A stretch of 47,840 nucleotides of DNA from an uncultured Flavobacterium sp. (GTDB taxonomy: Bacteria; Bacteroidota; Bacteroidia; Flavobacteriales; Flavobacteriaceae): the NCBI GenBank assembly GCA_964612955.1, contig CAZTGF010000001.1, positions 1-47,840 on the forward strand. The letters run 5' to 3'. Below, in pieces: positions 47,403 through 47,840 of this stretch. Position 1 is the first letter of the stretch. Each line of letters starts with the position of its first letter. The notes under the pieces were generated by a model. That model did not search any database. It had not been told where the DNA came from and saw only the letters and a program-made list of their open reading frames with translations. The translations under genes and the position numbers were made by a program.

Positions 47403-47840
47403 ATGAGGCATAAATACGTTATCATAACAGACAGTCGCGACGAGTTCGCCGAGACTAAAGCCGTCGCTGCATCATTTGAGCAGCTGCAGTTTGTGGGCCA
47501 TGCGTACACCTATGATGAAGGCTTGGATTTGATTCTCGAAACTGCGCCGGACGTGGTTTTTCTGGAAATTGAACCTTCGAACCCGGCTAGTGGGTTGTCG
47601 CTTCATCTCGTTAATGAAGTGGCTCGCTATATGCCCGATCTGCCAAAGTTTATTGTGACCGCAAAATCGATGGATCTCGCAGTAAGGGCGCTCCAACACG
47701 AAGTTCATGATTTTCTGGTGGCGCCATTCAGAGCGCTTGATCTTCGCAAATCGGTGATGCGTTTGTCGGTTAAGCCGCAAGGCCCGCCAACGGGACCTTC
47801 AATGCAGGAATTTATCGTAACCCATCCGCTACTGCCCGTA
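47403..47840 (+). CDS. Response regulator with atypical receiver domain (LytTR-type likely), 3'-truncated by window
   Basis: Manual translation: MRHKYVIITDS...GLDLILETAPDVVFLEIEP...PKFIVTAKSMDLAVRALQHEVHDFLVAPF...; the frame is open to the window end and missing from the ORF track. Confidence 0.82.
   Translation, partial: MRHKYVIITDSRDEFAETKAVAASFEQLQFVGHAYTYDEGLDLILETAPDVVFLEIEPSNPASGLSLHLVNEVARYMPDLPKFIVTAKSMDLAVRALQHEVHDFLVAPFRALDLRKSVMRLSVKPQGPPTGPSMQEFIVTHPLLPV

Noticed and set aside
47472-47780. 102-aa minus-strand ORF in the track
   Set aside because: It is antisense to the receiver-domain gene starting at 47403, which has clear family motifs.
1-47840. tRNA, rRNA, riboswitch, prophage or canonical defence genes
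   Set aside because: None were recognisable by eye. A covariance-model scan would be needed to exclude short RNAs formally.

Overview
A compact, mostly core-genome segment from a Bacteroidota chromosome, most likely Flavobacteriaceae/Flavobacterium-like. The lineage call rests on TAnnTTTG -7 promoters, A-rich translation starts, a GldH-family gene, an IPExxxVDY gene, homodimeric GlyRS and Flavo-1-like repeats. Gene order: hmgA (partial), hppD, DUF3108-kynA-M23 peptidase-pgi, a small membrane protein, two tandem rlpA paralogs, a GbsR/MarR regulator with an RND efflux tripartite, GldH-like/CYTH, dinB, pyk, IPExxxVDY, rnc-fabF-acpP, purN-rnhA, a PfkB kinase, long purF, sod, an AddA-like helicase, kbl, ompA, an AddB-like nuclease, a hydrolase, an Xaa-Pro aminopeptidase, sdhCAB, an amidohydrolase, an Ig-like lipoprotein, comF and glyQS. 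The most unusual part is the right end. There, an intact but DDE-less IS1595 transposase derivative is translationally coupled to a highly divergent P63C-domain gene. The pair has a host-type promoter and no room for a right-hand IS end, and it faces a response regulator whose receiver has lost the phosphoacceptor Asp and the conserved Lys (this gene is absent from the supplied ORF track). Non-coding signals include two copies of a Flavo-1-like structured repeat, two promoter-to-terminator sRNA candidates (one antisense to a typical start-codon context), a possible RNase III hairpin upstream of fabF-rnc, and a palindromic operator before the efflux operon. All family assignments come from motif recognition by eye; no searches were run.
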